A stretch of DNA of 64,000 bases from Bacillota bacterium. Lineage in GTDB: Bacteria; Bacillota_I; Bacilli_A; RFN20; CAG-288. Location: positions 45,132-109,131 of the forward strand of contig DAISOU010000002.1 of the NCBI GenBank assembly GCA_036830315.1, read 5' to 3'. The position numbers and the translations under genes are program-made. The notes beneath the pieces are model-generated. The model made no database searches. It was not told the origin of the DNA and was given only the letters and a program-made list of their open reading frames with translations. This document shows, in pieces, positions 1 through 9,287 of the stretch. How positions within the stretch are numbered: position 1 is the first letter of the stretch; every line of letters starts with the position of its first letter.

Positions 1-759
1 ACCGTCAGCTTTGATATCACAAACAAGACTCTCAAATCCAGTCTTGGCACCTATGTCGCCAAGTTCTCAGGTCTTAATACGACAGATATTCCTGCTGTCG
101 ACCGTTTCCTCAATGGCGGCAAGAACCCTACTTTGCAGACCAAAGAAGAATTCAAGACGGTGATGGAGAAGTTCAAAGCCGGAAATTATTCCATGAACGC
201 CCTCACAAGCAGCGGCTTAGCCAAATATTACTTCACCGACAAATATTTCTATGAAGAGCTTTTCTCTAATGCTGATAGCAATATCGGATATTTAAAGCAG
301 GACGGACACATCTATAGCTTCACTATTGCCAGCAACAAGATCACAGTCGATAAGAGCACCGATCACGCTGCGGGAAATTCTCCGATGACCTTGCCAGGCG
401 TCGGTTCTTCGTTCTTTGCCAGTGATGACTTAGGTTATATTTCTCATTTCTCCGATGAAATCTATAATTATGACAATTATGAAGTCACTACAAATAGCGG
501 TATCACCTATTGGAAGAACATGACTTCCGGATTCTCGACGAAAATGTTCAATTACGTCTTCAAAAATGCGACTTCCATCCTTCCTTTAGGCAGCGGATTT
601 ATCGTCTCTGACAGCGAAGATCCCTTTGATACCAGAGTCAGTCTGATTTCGGCCTTCCGTGCTGCTGACGGTTCTTATGACAATTACTATGAGTATACTT
701 ACTACGATATCGGAAACACTTCCTATAAGCTGATTGACGATTATCTTGCTTCCTTATAG
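1..759 (+). CDS. 3' part of a gene starting upstream of the window; hypothetical exported protein
   Basis: Frame 1 is open from nt 1 (TVSFDITNKTLKSSLG...) to the TAG at 757-759. The track start at 133 is a TTG inside this open frame with no RBS. No motif recognised. Confidence 0.5.
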   Translation, partial: TVSFDITNKTLKSSLGTYVAKFSGLNTTDIPAVDRFLNGGKNPTLQTKEEFKTVMEKFKAGNYSMNALTSSGLAKYYFTDKYFYEELFSNADSNIGYLKQDGHIYSFTIASNKITVDKSTDHAAGNSPMTLPGVGSSFFASDDLGYISHFSDEIYNYDNYEVTTNSGITYWKNMTSGFSTKMFNYVFKNATSILPLGSGFIVSDSEDPFDTRVSLISAFRAADGSYDNYYEYTYYDIGNTSYKLIDDYLASL

Positions 760-788
760 ACTTGTCTGAAAAAAGGGGATTTTTCATT

Positions 789-3638
789 ATGAAATTAAAT
801 AAAATTGTCTTGGTCAGTCTTCTTGCCTGCTCTTCGATGCTATATTCCTGCAACAAGGACACTATATCGTCTTCTTCAGCGACATCATCATCGTCTTCTT
901 CCCAGACTGCTGGCGAAATCACCGCTGTTGAAATCAGCGGTCCTTCTAACGTCGAACTTGGAAAGAAAGCCACTTTCACTGCTGATGTCATCGGAAATGA
1001 TGACGACTCAGTGACCTGGACCTTTTCATCTGAGACTGTCGGAACAGTAAGCCAGACTGGCGTTTTCACTTCTAAGGCTGTCGGAAAAGGTGTTCTCACT
1101 GCCACTTCAACTATCAAGAACACTGTTTTCGGAACCTATGAAGTCAATGTCTATGCCAAAAAGGCTACTTCGGTGACACTTTTGATTTCTTCGACTGAAG
1201 AACTCCCTTTTGACAATGTGACTAAGACTTATTCGATTCCTCTCAATCACGATTTCAAGCTTTCTCTTTCTCAGACTGATAATTCCAAGCCTTTTGATTC
1301 TGTCTCCTTCAGTTCTTCTCTCCCAGAGTCGATCTCTTCGGATGCCGTCGTTATCGAACAGACTGAAAAGACGGCCAAAGGCTATGCCATCCAGGCTTTT
1401 AGCGGTGGCTCTCTGATTGCCAAATGCTATTATTCCGATGAGATGTCTACTCCTCTGACGGCGTCGATAAAGTTTGATATCATCGACGAAAACAAGGAAG
1501 CTTCCGATGAACTCAAGTCTTTCATCTCTTCAACGAAGGCTCAGGAGTCTTCATCTCTTTTATCAGGAAAAATAAGTTCTTCCAAGGAAATCAGTTCTTC
1601 CAAAGATGGGGAGAATGTGGTTGACAAGGTCGATACTGTCTCTTCTTATGCTTCCTATACCAATGCTTCCTATACCAAGAAGAACACGAAGACCTATAAG
1701 AATGAATCGCTTGAAACCAATGTTGACTCTTCTTACTTCTCCGGCCTTGATACAAGCTCGAATAATTATTATGCCTTAGGCTTTGACAGCTCTGATGTTA
1801 TCACTGACGTCTTTGCCAATACTTCAATAACTGATCAGAACACTTCTGATTCGACTCTGTTCTTCAGTCCTAAAGGCAATACTTATTCTTATGGTATCGC
1901 CGGTTATATCAATGACATGTTCTTCAGTTCGACTACAGTCGACGGCGACTTTCTCACTTTCTATGATTCTGAGTGCTACGCAAACTCGGTCTTTTCCAAA
2001 GATGCCAGCACCTATAAAATCGCCTCTTCTTTCAAGGGACGAAACGACAACACTGATTATTCTGTCAATCTCACTATCAATTATGAGGATACAAAGATCA
2101 CCGGATTTGAGTTTACTGAGAGTTTCGAAGCTGAGAATTCACGAGGAACGATCTCATATAAAGGAACTGATTTCGTCTTTGGAAACAAGATTGAGGATAA
2201 TGCTCTGAACAATCCTGATCACCGCGACCTTTCTTCTTATTACATCACTTCTTTCACTATGAAGGAAATCTCCGGAACCAAGACTGATCTTTATGATTAC
2301 ACCAATCTCTCCAAGTATGGACCAAACAGCGTTTCGACCACTGATGGCGGATTGACAAAATATACCCTTTCCTACGATAAGACTTTGGTTTTGCAGGTCT
2401 CTGATATCGCTCCTACCGGTGCCTCGGTCGAATTTGACGATATCACCTATACGTCCTCTGATACGACAAAGGTTCCTGTCAAAGGAACTACCGGAGGCGG
2501 TATCTTTGCTATCTCTGCTTATACTGGCAATTCTAACAACCACGCTGTGGGTGAGGCTACCCTTACTTTCAAATCAGCCAAGGGAGTCGAAGTCAAAGTA
2601 GTCGTCGAGTTCACCGCTGTCGAATTGAAGGGAATCACTGTCGATCATATGCCAACTGGCAATGATTTCGGTGATGTCTTCAAGGGAGACAAGACGAGTT
2701 ATTTCCTTCTCAACACGGATCCCGATGAACTCTCATATTCCTTTGGACTTAGAATCGTGAGCGGAAACAAAGACGGCATATCCTTATATGATTATGAAGA
2801 CGGAAACATCGAAGGAGTACCGGGAGCCGGCTTCTCAGTCTTAGGCAATGAAATCGGTTCATACACTTTCAAATTATATGTCGTCGGTCACGAGGACATC
2901 GAGACTGAAGATACGTATTCCATCAATATCGTCGCCCCTTATTCCGCTGATTACCTGAAGACCAACCTAGTAGGAAAATCATATGTCAAAGACACGGGAA
3001 CCCTCAAGGATGTTCTCACTTTCACAAGCGATACTCTGATCACAGTTGTCGAGACATCAACAACTGAAACACTGATTGACTTTTTCGCCTATCACTTCGA
3101 AGAAGGACACGTTGTCATCGATAACGATTATGATACCAAAGGCCTTTACTACGAGAGAATCTATAAGGGCAATATCTACTATTCCAACGACTTTTCGTCT
3201 ATCTATTTCTACGCCTCAACCAATGACGGCGACAGCTCAACTGTCGCAACCAATAAGGCGAAGGTGGAATTCTCCAAATATGTCACTGACGCAGAGATAG
3301 GAGACTATGTTGATGGAAAGGCTTTCGCAGGTGAAAATTTCATTATCGGCATCGGCATGTGCAAGGCTACTTTGACGTTTGCAAAGGATACCGGGACCAT
3401 CACTCTTTACAGCAATGCCAGCAAGACTGATATCAATACTGTGACTTTCAGTTATACGTATTCTGCCGGTAAATTCGGCAATTTCTTCACCATTTCCAAT
3501 GTTGCCGGAACTTTAGAAGCCGGCATCTCTGCAATCACTGGTAATCAGTTTGAGTATTTGAATACTACTCGGAAGATAGTTGTCAAAATGACCATCAAAG
3601 GAGGTTCTTCTCAATTTAGTTTCGATATTGCATCTTAG
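789..3638 (+). CDS. Large surface lipoprotein with an N-terminal Big_2-like Ig domain
   Basis: ATG at 789 follows AAGGGGA. Signal peptide plus lipobox (MKLNKIVLVSLLACSSMLYSC) and a poly-Ser linker. A Big_2-like stretch reads ITAVEISGPSNVELGKKATFTADV...VTWTFSSETVGTVSQTGVFTSKAVGKGVLTATS. The remaining ~800 aa are unrecognised. Confidence 0.8.
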   Translation: MKLNKIVLVSLLACSSMLYSCNKDTISSSSATSSSSSSQTAGEITAVEISGPSNVELGKKATFTADVIGNDDDSVTWTFSSETVGTVSQTGVFTSKAVGKGVLTATSTIKNTVFGTYEVNVYAKKATSVTLLISSTEELPFDNVTKTYSIPLNHDFKLSLSQTDNSKPFDSVSFSSSLPESISSDAVVIEQTEKTAKGYAIQAFSGGSLIAKCYYSDEMSTPLTASIKFDIIDENKEASDELKSFISSTKAQESSSLLSGKISSSKEISSSKDGENVVDKVDTVSSYASYTNASYTKKNTKTYKNESLETNVDSSYFSGLDTSSNNYYALGFDSSDVITDVFANTSITDQNTSDSTLFFSPKGNTYSYGIAGYINDMFFSSTTVDGDFLTFYDSECYANSVFSKDASTYKIASSFKGRNDNTDYSVNLTINYEDTKITGFEFTESFEAENSRGTISYKGTDFVFGNKIEDNALNNPDHRDLSSYYITSFTMKEISGTKTDLYDYTNLSKYGPNSVSTTDGGLTKYTLSYDKTLVLQVSDIAPTGASVEFDDITYTSSDTTKVPVKGTTGGGIFAISAYTGNSNNHAVGEATLTFKSAKGVEVKVVVEFTAVELKGITVDHMPTGNDFGDVFKGDKTSYFLLNTDPDELSYSFGLRIVSGNKDGISLYDYEDGNIEGVPGAGFSVLGNEIGSYTFKLYVVGHEDIETEDTYSINIVAPYSADYLKTNLVGKSYVKDTGTLKDVLTFTSDTLITVVETSTTETLIDFFAYHFEEGHVVIDNDYDTKGLYYERIYKGNIYYSNDFSSIYFYASTNDGDSSTVATNKAKVEFSKYVTDAEIGDYVDGKAFAGENFIIGIGMCKATLTFAKDTGTITLYSNASKTDINTVTFSYTYSAGKFGNFFTISNVAGTLEAGISAITGNQFEYLNTTRKIVVKMTIKGGSSQFSFDIAS

Positions 3639-3704
3639 TACGTTTTGACTTATCTTAGTAAATATTTAAAAATCATTTATTTGATTGAAAGGAAAAAAAA
3701 GATT

Positions 3705-6659
3705 ATGAGAAAAAAATCTGCATCTTTCTTGTTGGTAATGAGTGCCTTGGTCTTTGGTCTTGCCGGGTGCGGTGATTCCTCCCTCTCTCTTGGTTCTTCA
3801 GCGGCTTCTTCTACCCCTGTTTCTTCCTCTCCTGTTTCTTCGTCCCCGATTTCTTCGTCCCCGATTTCCTCGTCTCAGGAAAGTTCTTCTTCCTCTTCAA
3901 CTGCTCCTGTCGTAGAAAAGTATGCTGTCACGTTCAATGAGGTTACCGGTGCAACTATCAGTATCACTAGTCCTGCTGAGGGTACTTCTTTTGCTGCCGG
4001 AACAAATGTCAATTTCAAGGTCACCATCACCGATACTACGATGATGGTCGATACCATCACCTGCGAAGATACCTATTTGTCTGATCCTGTCACCAATCAG
4101 GCGGGAACTGAGGTCACCTGTGCTTTCACAATGCCTTCCAAGGCTGTTGCTGTCACTGTCACCTTAAAGAAGATCCCTGTCTACTATGGAATCACCTTTA
4201 ACAAAGACATCGTCGGCGGAAAACTGGCCATCTTTGCTGAGAAGGCAGTAGCCGGTGAAACAATCAACGTCTATCTTGAGACACTGGAAGGCTATGAATT
4301 AACTAAACTCACCTCCAATGTCAAGGATCTGGCTTTCAAGACTGTCCATGAAGGCGAACAGTTCTCCTTTGTCATGCCTTCAGCTGATGTTTCTATCAGT
4401 GCTGAATTCGCCAAGAAGTATCTAGTTGCTGAGATCAAAGATGTCAGCAAATCATTAAAGACTTTAACCGGAATTACTGAAGGCGAACATATCGCTGAAG
4501 GCAAGACTATTGATCTGACAGTCGAATTCGGTTCAACTGCCTATGCTTCTGCTGTCTATGTCACTGTCAACAATCAAAGTCTTGAGATGACTCCGGTTAC
4601 CACTTCCGGTTCATCTGATTATTATTCTCAGTATACCTGTTCCTTCGTGATGCCTAATAAGGATGTCCACGTCTATGTGACCAGAAACGGAACTTATACT
4701 TCCGAAACCGGTCACGTTGTCAATCTCATCAACAATGAGAATGTCTATGTTCTCGGTTTCACTTCCGGATTGAAATATAGTTCAGTGAGCTTCAACTTCT
4801 ATAACATGGACGGATTTGTCGTCACCGGTATGGAATACAGAGCTGTGGGTGCTGCTGAAACTGATGCCTGGACTGCTCTTTCCTTCTCGGGAACCAGTGT
4901 CTATTCGCCTTCTTTCACTTCTGATACCGATATCAGAATCAATACAAAGACCTGCAATGTCAGAACTGTTCAGTATTACAACCTGGCCAATGTCCAAATC
5001 AACTATGGAGAAGCTAAAAATACTGTCAATGTCGGTGACACCTACAATATAAATAATGCCAGTCTGACTGGTTTCCACCTTTCTGATGTTGCCTTTGTCG
5101 GCGGTGTTTCCAATGTCACAAACACCTTGAATTATGGAAGCGGAAATATTTCCTTCACCGTTCCTGAGGGAACTGATCCTATTGTCATCTACTTCAAGAC
5201 TGTAGCTAATGGCACCATCACTTATACCGAACCGGCTGAGGAGAATCATATTGCCTCAGTTTCCATCAGAAAGAATTCTTATAGCACTGAGGAAATTACT
5301 TCGGCTGCTCCTAATGATATGGTTTACGTCTATCCTAAGGCTGATGACAATTATAAGGTTGTCACTATGAAGGCCATGAATGGAACTGCTGAAGTTACTA
5401 CTTCTTACAACAAGCCTTATTACGGCGATGCCTATTTCAGCTTCACTATGCCTGCTAACGGCGATGTCACCCTGTCCTTTGGAACTTCTGCTGTCCGCAA
5501 TGTCAGCTCTGAAACTGTCACCGGCGGAAAGATTACTCTGAATGCGACTTCTTATGGTGTCGGTGAGACAGCCTCCTTCACAGTTTCAACGGAGACAGTC
5601 TTCTTCAAAGTCAAAGATGTTGTTGAAAAGACTCATGAAGACCTTGAAATTACTTTAAGCGGAAACAGCGGATCCTTCGTCATGCCTGATTATGATGTTG
5701 TCCTTGTTCCTTCCTTTGAGGCAGTTGCCGGTGTCACCTTCTCTTTGACCAAAGAAGGCCTTCCTACTCAGATCAAGACTATCGGTTTCAGAGGCGGACA
5801 GAGCAATAGAACAATCGATTATAACGTTGCCAATGTCGGAGATGAAACCGACACAAACGTCTATAGTCAAGAGTTCCTGCCCGGTGAAAATGTCTCTGTT
5901 TCTGTCACATTCAATTCAACTGCCGACAATGCCACTATGGTTGTGACTTCCAAAGCTGAAACAGAAGGCGGAGAAAATGTCACTGCTTCATATGAACCTT
6001 CTTACTTAAATGGCGGACGTGCTTCTTATAGCTTTGTCGCAACTGATAAGACTCTCTCAGTCTCCTTCACCTATAAAGCCAATACTCCTCTTGCCTCGAC
6101 TGTCACAAATGATGTTGCCGGTGTGACTCTTACCTATAAGGTCAGAGGTGCAGAGGCTGCTGACTTGAGCACCGTTTATGCCGGTGATGCCGTCGAAATC
6201 AAGATGGCCGGTACTCCTGCTTCCGGTAAGGCCTTAAAACTTGTCGTCAAGGATGCTTCCAGAGGAGATATGTTCAATAATTACACCACCACCGCAGATG
6301 GCCTGACTGCTTCCTTCACTGCAAATAATGCCTTCACTGTCACCGTTTCTGAAGTATCAGTCTTTAATTTCACTGTCAGCCAGGGTGAGACAACTGAAAC
6401 AACCGGAAGTCTCAATGTCAATGTTCAGGATGCTACCACTTATTCTACTATCACTTATGCAAATGGCATTATCAGCGGAACTAAGATTTCTGTGACTCTT
6501 CAGAACTACTATTCTGTTCCTGTCAACTATGTTGTCAAATGCGGAGAGACTGAAATCACCACTGGAACTATCCCTGCCCGTGGTCAATATGGACCTTCTT
6601 CAGCTTATCTCAATGCCTTTGTAGTCGATGCCGATGTCACCGTTGCCTTCACTTTCTAA
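3705..6659 (+). CDS. Large surface lipoprotein built from repeated InlB-B-repeat-like beta modules
   Basis: ATG at 3705 follows GAAAGGAAAAAAAAG. Lipobox FGLAGC, then a (SSSPV/I)n linker. At least five modules end in a recurring F-[TV]-MP-x2-[DA]-V motif (CAFTMPSKAVAVTV, FSFVMPSADVSISA, CSFVMPNKDVHVYV, FSFTMPANGDVTLS, GSFVMPDYDVVLVP). Confidence 0.8.
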   Translation: MRKKSASFLLVMSALVFGLAGCGDSSLSLGSSAASSTPVSSSPVSSSPISSSPISSSQESSSSSSTAPVVEKYAVTFNEVTGATISITSPAEGTSFAAGTNVNFKVTITDTTMMVDTITCEDTYLSDPVTNQAGTEVTCAFTMPSKAVAVTVTLKKIPVYYGITFNKDIVGGKLAIFAEKAVAGETINVYLETLEGYELTKLTSNVKDLAFKTVHEGEQFSFVMPSADVSISAEFAKKYLVAEIKDVSKSLKTLTGITEGEHIAEGKTIDLTVEFGSTAYASAVYVTVNNQSLEMTPVTTSGSSDYYSQYTCSFVMPNKDVHVYVTRNGTYTSETGHVVNLINNENVYVLGFTSGLKYSSVSFNFYNMDGFVVTGMEYRAVGAAETDAWTALSFSGTSVYSPSFTSDTDIRINTKTCNVRTVQYYNLANVQINYGEAKNTVNVGDTYNINNASLTGFHLSDVAFVGGVSNVTNTLNYGSGNISFTVPEGTDPIVIYFKTVANGTITYTEPAEENHIASVSIRKNSYSTEEITSAAPNDMVYVYPKADDNYKVVTMKAMNGTAEVTTSYNKPYYGDAYFSFTMPANGDVTLSFGTSAVRNVSSETVTGGKITLNATSYGVGETASFTVSTETVFFKVKDVVEKTHEDLEITLSGNSGSFVMPDYDVVLVPSFEAVAGVTFSLTKEGLPTQIKTIGFRGGQSNRTIDYNVANVGDETDTNVYSQEFLPGENVSVSVTFNSTADNATMVVTSKAETEGGENVTASYEPSYLNGGRASYSFVATDKTLSVSFTYKANTPLASTVTNDVAGVTLTYKVRGAEAADLSTVYAGDAVEIKMAGTPASGKALKLVVKDASRGDMFNNYTTTADGLTASFTANNAFTVTVSEVSVFNFTVSQGETTETTGSLNVNVQDATTYSTITYANGIISGTKISVTLQNYYSVPVNYVVKCGETEITTGTIPARGQYGPSSAYLNAFVVDADVTVAFTF
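3807..3866 (+). repeat. Four tandem 15-bp units encoding the SS(T/S)P(V/I) linker of the lipoprotein
   Basis: The units are tcttctacccctgtt, tcttcctctcctgtt, tcttcgtccccgatt and tcttcgtccccgatt. The last two are identical. Confidence 0.9.
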
Positions 6660-6682
6660 TAAAGCTGAAAGAAGATAATGAT

Positions 6683-6714
6683 AAAAGCCGAGCTTAAGTC
6701 ATAGCTCGGCTTTT
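6683..6714. terminator. Bidirectional intrinsic terminator between convergent genes
   Basis: AAAAGCCGAGCT-taagtcat-AGCTCGGCTTTT: a 12-bp stem flanked by an A-run and a T-run. Confidence 0.85.
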
Positions 6715-6726
6715 CTTATGCTTTTT

Positions 6727-8040
6727 TTAGTTTAGGAGACTATCAGTTTTGGAAGACTGCTTCAGTTTCTTCAGGAAGACTCTTTCTTCGACAAGACTGA
6801 CAATCAGATGCAGGATGAGACCGGACCCGTAGATCAGGATGATATTATCCATCGTCATATTGATCAGCCTAAGCTGATAGAGAATGAAGAAGATGAGGTA
6901 ATAGCCGATGTTGATGATCAGGGAATTGATCATCAGGTACATCGTCTTTCCGGTTCCTATGAAGATGGAATCTGGAATCATCGAGAGAGCAAAGGCGATA
7001 TAGAAGGGGAAGAGCTTGATGGTGATCGAATACACTTCCTGATAATCGGATAACTGCTCGACATATTGGAAGAAAGGTGACCAGGCAGGAATGGTTAAGG
7101 CGACGAAACTGAGAGAGATGGTGGCAATGAAATAATAATTTCTATGTTTGAGTTTCCGGTAGTCATCCACGCAGTCGTGGCGGATGACTTCTGCTAAGGC
7201 AAAGATGGGAACAAGGGCGAAGTTCAGTATAAACAGCGTGCTGACATAGTAGCTGCCTTCTTCCGATACTAAGTTGACCATACGGCTTATCATATAGGCG
7301 TAGACTAAGTTGTCGAGGAGAAGCTGGATGCCGGAGAAGAAGCCGATCTTGACCCACTGTTTTATCAGTGGCATATCACTGCTGTCTAGTTTTGCCGGTT
7401 TGATGTTCTTTCCGTATATCAGGAGAGCGACCGCTGTCAGAGCCAGAACAGAATTAGTCATGATGTTGGTGTAGCTGACACCGATTACTCCGTACTTGGG
7501 AATCAGGTTGAAGTCTCCGATTATTCCTAAGATCATCTGCATGATCATGAGCAGATAGACATTTCGGGATTTTCCGATGACGACGAAGGCGACATCACAG
7601 ATGACAGTGACAATATAGATGATATTGGCGATGGTCTCCATCTGAAGATGGAAAGTGACTTCTTCAAGATCAATAGATTCGTTGTTCATATAATCGACTA
7701 GATTCAAGGTGACAAAGTAGACGACTAGGGAGAAGACGATATAGACGGCAAGTGAGATGAGAAGAGCCTTGAATACGTGTGCTGAGAAATGCTGCCTGTC
7801 TTTCTTTATGGCTCTGTTTAAGACCGAATAAAGAGGGATGATGAGGAAAGCCTTGAGAGTATCGTCGATGAGATCATACCATTCCATCTGGCCGATGACA
7901 TTCAGGCCTTCGACCGATGAGACCAAGAAGGCATTGACAGTCTGATAGATGAACGGAAAGAGACTCAGTAGGCAGAGAGAAAAGAAGAGCTTGAAGTGGA
8001 ATTCCTTAAGCCCGGAAAACAGTTCTTTCAGTCTGGTCAT
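6727..8040 (-). CDS. Polytopic membrane protein, MOP/MATE-flippase-like
   Basis: 437 aa with about 12 hydrophobic segments in two halves and a GTGKT-type loop (FIGTGKTMYLMINS). Family assignment is tentative. Confidence 0.6.
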   Translation of the reverse strand: MTRLKELFSGLKEFHFKLFFSLCLLSLFPFIYQTVNAFLVSSVEGLNVIGQMEWYDLIDDTLKAFLIIPLYSVLNRAIKKDRQHFSAHVFKALLISLAVYIVFSLVVYFVTLNLVDYMNNESIDLEEVTFHLQMETIANIIYIVTVICDVAFVVIGKSRNVYLLMIMQMILGIIGDFNLIPKYGVIGVSYTNIMTNSVLALTAVALLIYGKNIKPAKLDSSDMPLIKQWVKIGFFSGIQLLLDNLVYAYMISRMVNLVSEEGSYYVSTLFILNFALVPIFALAEVIRHDCVDDYRKLKHRNYYFIATISLSFVALTIPAWSPFFQYVEQLSDYQEVYSITIKLFPFYIAFALSMIPDSIFIGTGKTMYLMINSLIINIGYYLIFFILYQLRLINMTMDNIILIYGSGLILHLIVSLVEERVFLKKLKQSSKTDSLLN

Positions 8041-8556
8041 TTTATATTTCTGCCTGCTTTGTTCATATAAGGTTATCTCTTTTCATAAGGATTCTTTACC
8101 AAGAATATAAAAAACCAAAAAGGATATATATTACACCGATTCAGTTAACTACTATTCTAATTATATCAGTATTAAAAATATAGTTATATTTTATGCTTTA
8201 TTTGTTTATAAAGATATGAAGGGAGTCAATTGATTGAACAATAAAAAAAGAAACAGCTGATAAAGTCTGTTATCAATTCTTTCAGTTGTAGATATGAAAT
8301 GATAATCTAATCATCAATATTCGATAAATATGTCTTCTAATTTAGCAACATATTGCAATAAGATAAAGTTGGTATATTAAATTATATTTATTAATCAGAT
8401 AAATAATAGTGATACATATCTGTAAAACAAAATAATTAATTCAATACTGATAACCTATCGTATTTTCAATTTATCACGATTTGATTTCATATTTCTTGCT
8501 GTTTACTTTACGATTTTGTTAATCTATGATAAGAATCCTAAACCCGAGGGGTGTAA

Positions 8557-9285
8557 ATGGTAATAAGAATAGCCATGGTCGAAGACTGCTTAGAAGATGC
8601 CACTCGTCTTAAGGAATATCTTATGAGATATTCTAAGGAAGAGCAGGTTGATTTTAATATCGACTATTTTGACAGTGCTGAAAAATTCCTTTCTCAATAC
8701 CAAGCTGTCTATGCTTTGGTGTTCTTAGATATCAAGATGTCGGGAATGAACGGAATGGATTGTGCCGTCGAGCTGAGAAAAAAAGACAAAGTAGTCTCCA
8801 TCATCTTCATAACAAGTCTTATTCAGTTTGCCCAGAAAGGCTATGAGGTAAACGCCCTGAGCTTTTTGATCAAACCCATCAACTACGCTGATATCTATAT
8901 GAAGCTGAAGAAAGCTCTTGATCTGGTCTTCATCAAAGAAGAGCACCATATCATGATCAGTGTTCATTCCGGTGTCTGCATGATCTCAACCGATGAACTG
9001 ATGTATGTCGAAATTCAGGGACACCGTCTGAAATATCATCTTGTCGGTGAGACTTTGGAGATGAGCGGAAATCTCTCCAAGGCCGAAAAGGAACTGTCAG
9101 GTTTTGGGTTTCTCCGTTGCAACAGCTGTTATCTTGTCAATCCTAAACACGTCATGTCAGTAAAAGGCATGGATATTCGAGTGGGAAGCGAAATCCTTAA
9201 AATCAGTCGACCTAAAAGAAAAGCCTTTATGACTAAGCTTACAAATTGGCTGGCTGGCGAAAACAACAGAGAAAGAGGAAGATAA
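8557..9285 (+). CDS. LytTR-family response regulator (TCS-1)
   Basis: Receiver domain (IAMVEDC...LVFLDIKMSGMNGMD...IIFITS) followed by a LytTR-type C-terminus (VEIQGHRLKYHL...FLRCNSCYLVNPKHV). RBS GAGGGG lies upstream. Confidence 0.9.
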   Translation: MVIRIAMVEDCLEDATRLKEYLMRYSKEEQVDFNIDYFDSAEKFLSQYQAVYALVFLDIKMSGMNGMDCAVELRKKDKVVSIIFITSLIQFAQKGYEVNALSFLIKPINYADIYMKLKKALDLVFIKEEHHIMISVHSGVCMISTDELMYVEIQGHRLKYHLVGETLEMSGNLSKAEKELSGFGFLRCNSCYLVNPKHVMSVKGMDIRVGSEILKISRPKRKAFMTKLTNWLAGENNRERGR

Positions 9286-9287
9286 CA

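Noticed and set aside
638-1123. Antisense or overlapping ORFs in the six-frame track. Examples: 638..1123-, 2154..2543-, 4782..5249-, 10766..11125-, 18051..18551-, 20391..20732+, 43387..43929-, 45358..45804-, 54171..54695+, 56324..56758+, 62894..63235+.
   Set aside because: Each lies entirely inside a long, motif-rich gene on the other strand or in another frame. They have low-complexity or odd composition and lack both an RBS and any recognisable motif. They are shadow ORFs.
3639-3704. Possible TAG read-through fusions of neighbouring genes. The frame is open across the TAG at 3636-3638 into the next ORF. Likewise 24366-24389 and 28137-28148 are in frame with the following genes.
   Set aside because: The downstream genes each have their own RBS, ATG and complete signal peptide with lipobox or TM anchor, so these TAGs are ordinary terminators. 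Being in frame is the expected one-in-three coincidence. This also argues against a global TAG reassignment.
3807-3866. The tandem repeat considered as a CRISPR or mobile-element remnant.
   Set aside because: The units are contiguous with no spacers, in frame, and encode a Ser/Pro linker inside a lipoprotein gene.
8456-8520. ACGATTT-containing repeats (CTATCGTATTTT, TCACGATTTGA, TTACGATTTTG) upstream of RR-1, considered as an autoregulatory LytTR site.
   Set aside because: Spacings are 18 and 34 bp, not the 21-bp phasing. The core differs from TTRCGAAATA beyond TTACGA. The support is not enough.
8041-8556. A 516-bp AT-rich region upstream of TCS-1, searched for an AgrD/ComC-like peptide gene or an sRNA. 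Mini-ORFs include MLYLFIKI at 8193 and MSSNLATYCNKIKLVY at 8329.
   Set aside because: None has an RBS, a leader or double-Gly motif, or a plausible length. I also saw no convincing terminator-bounded RNA. I treat the region as promoter or spacer DNA.
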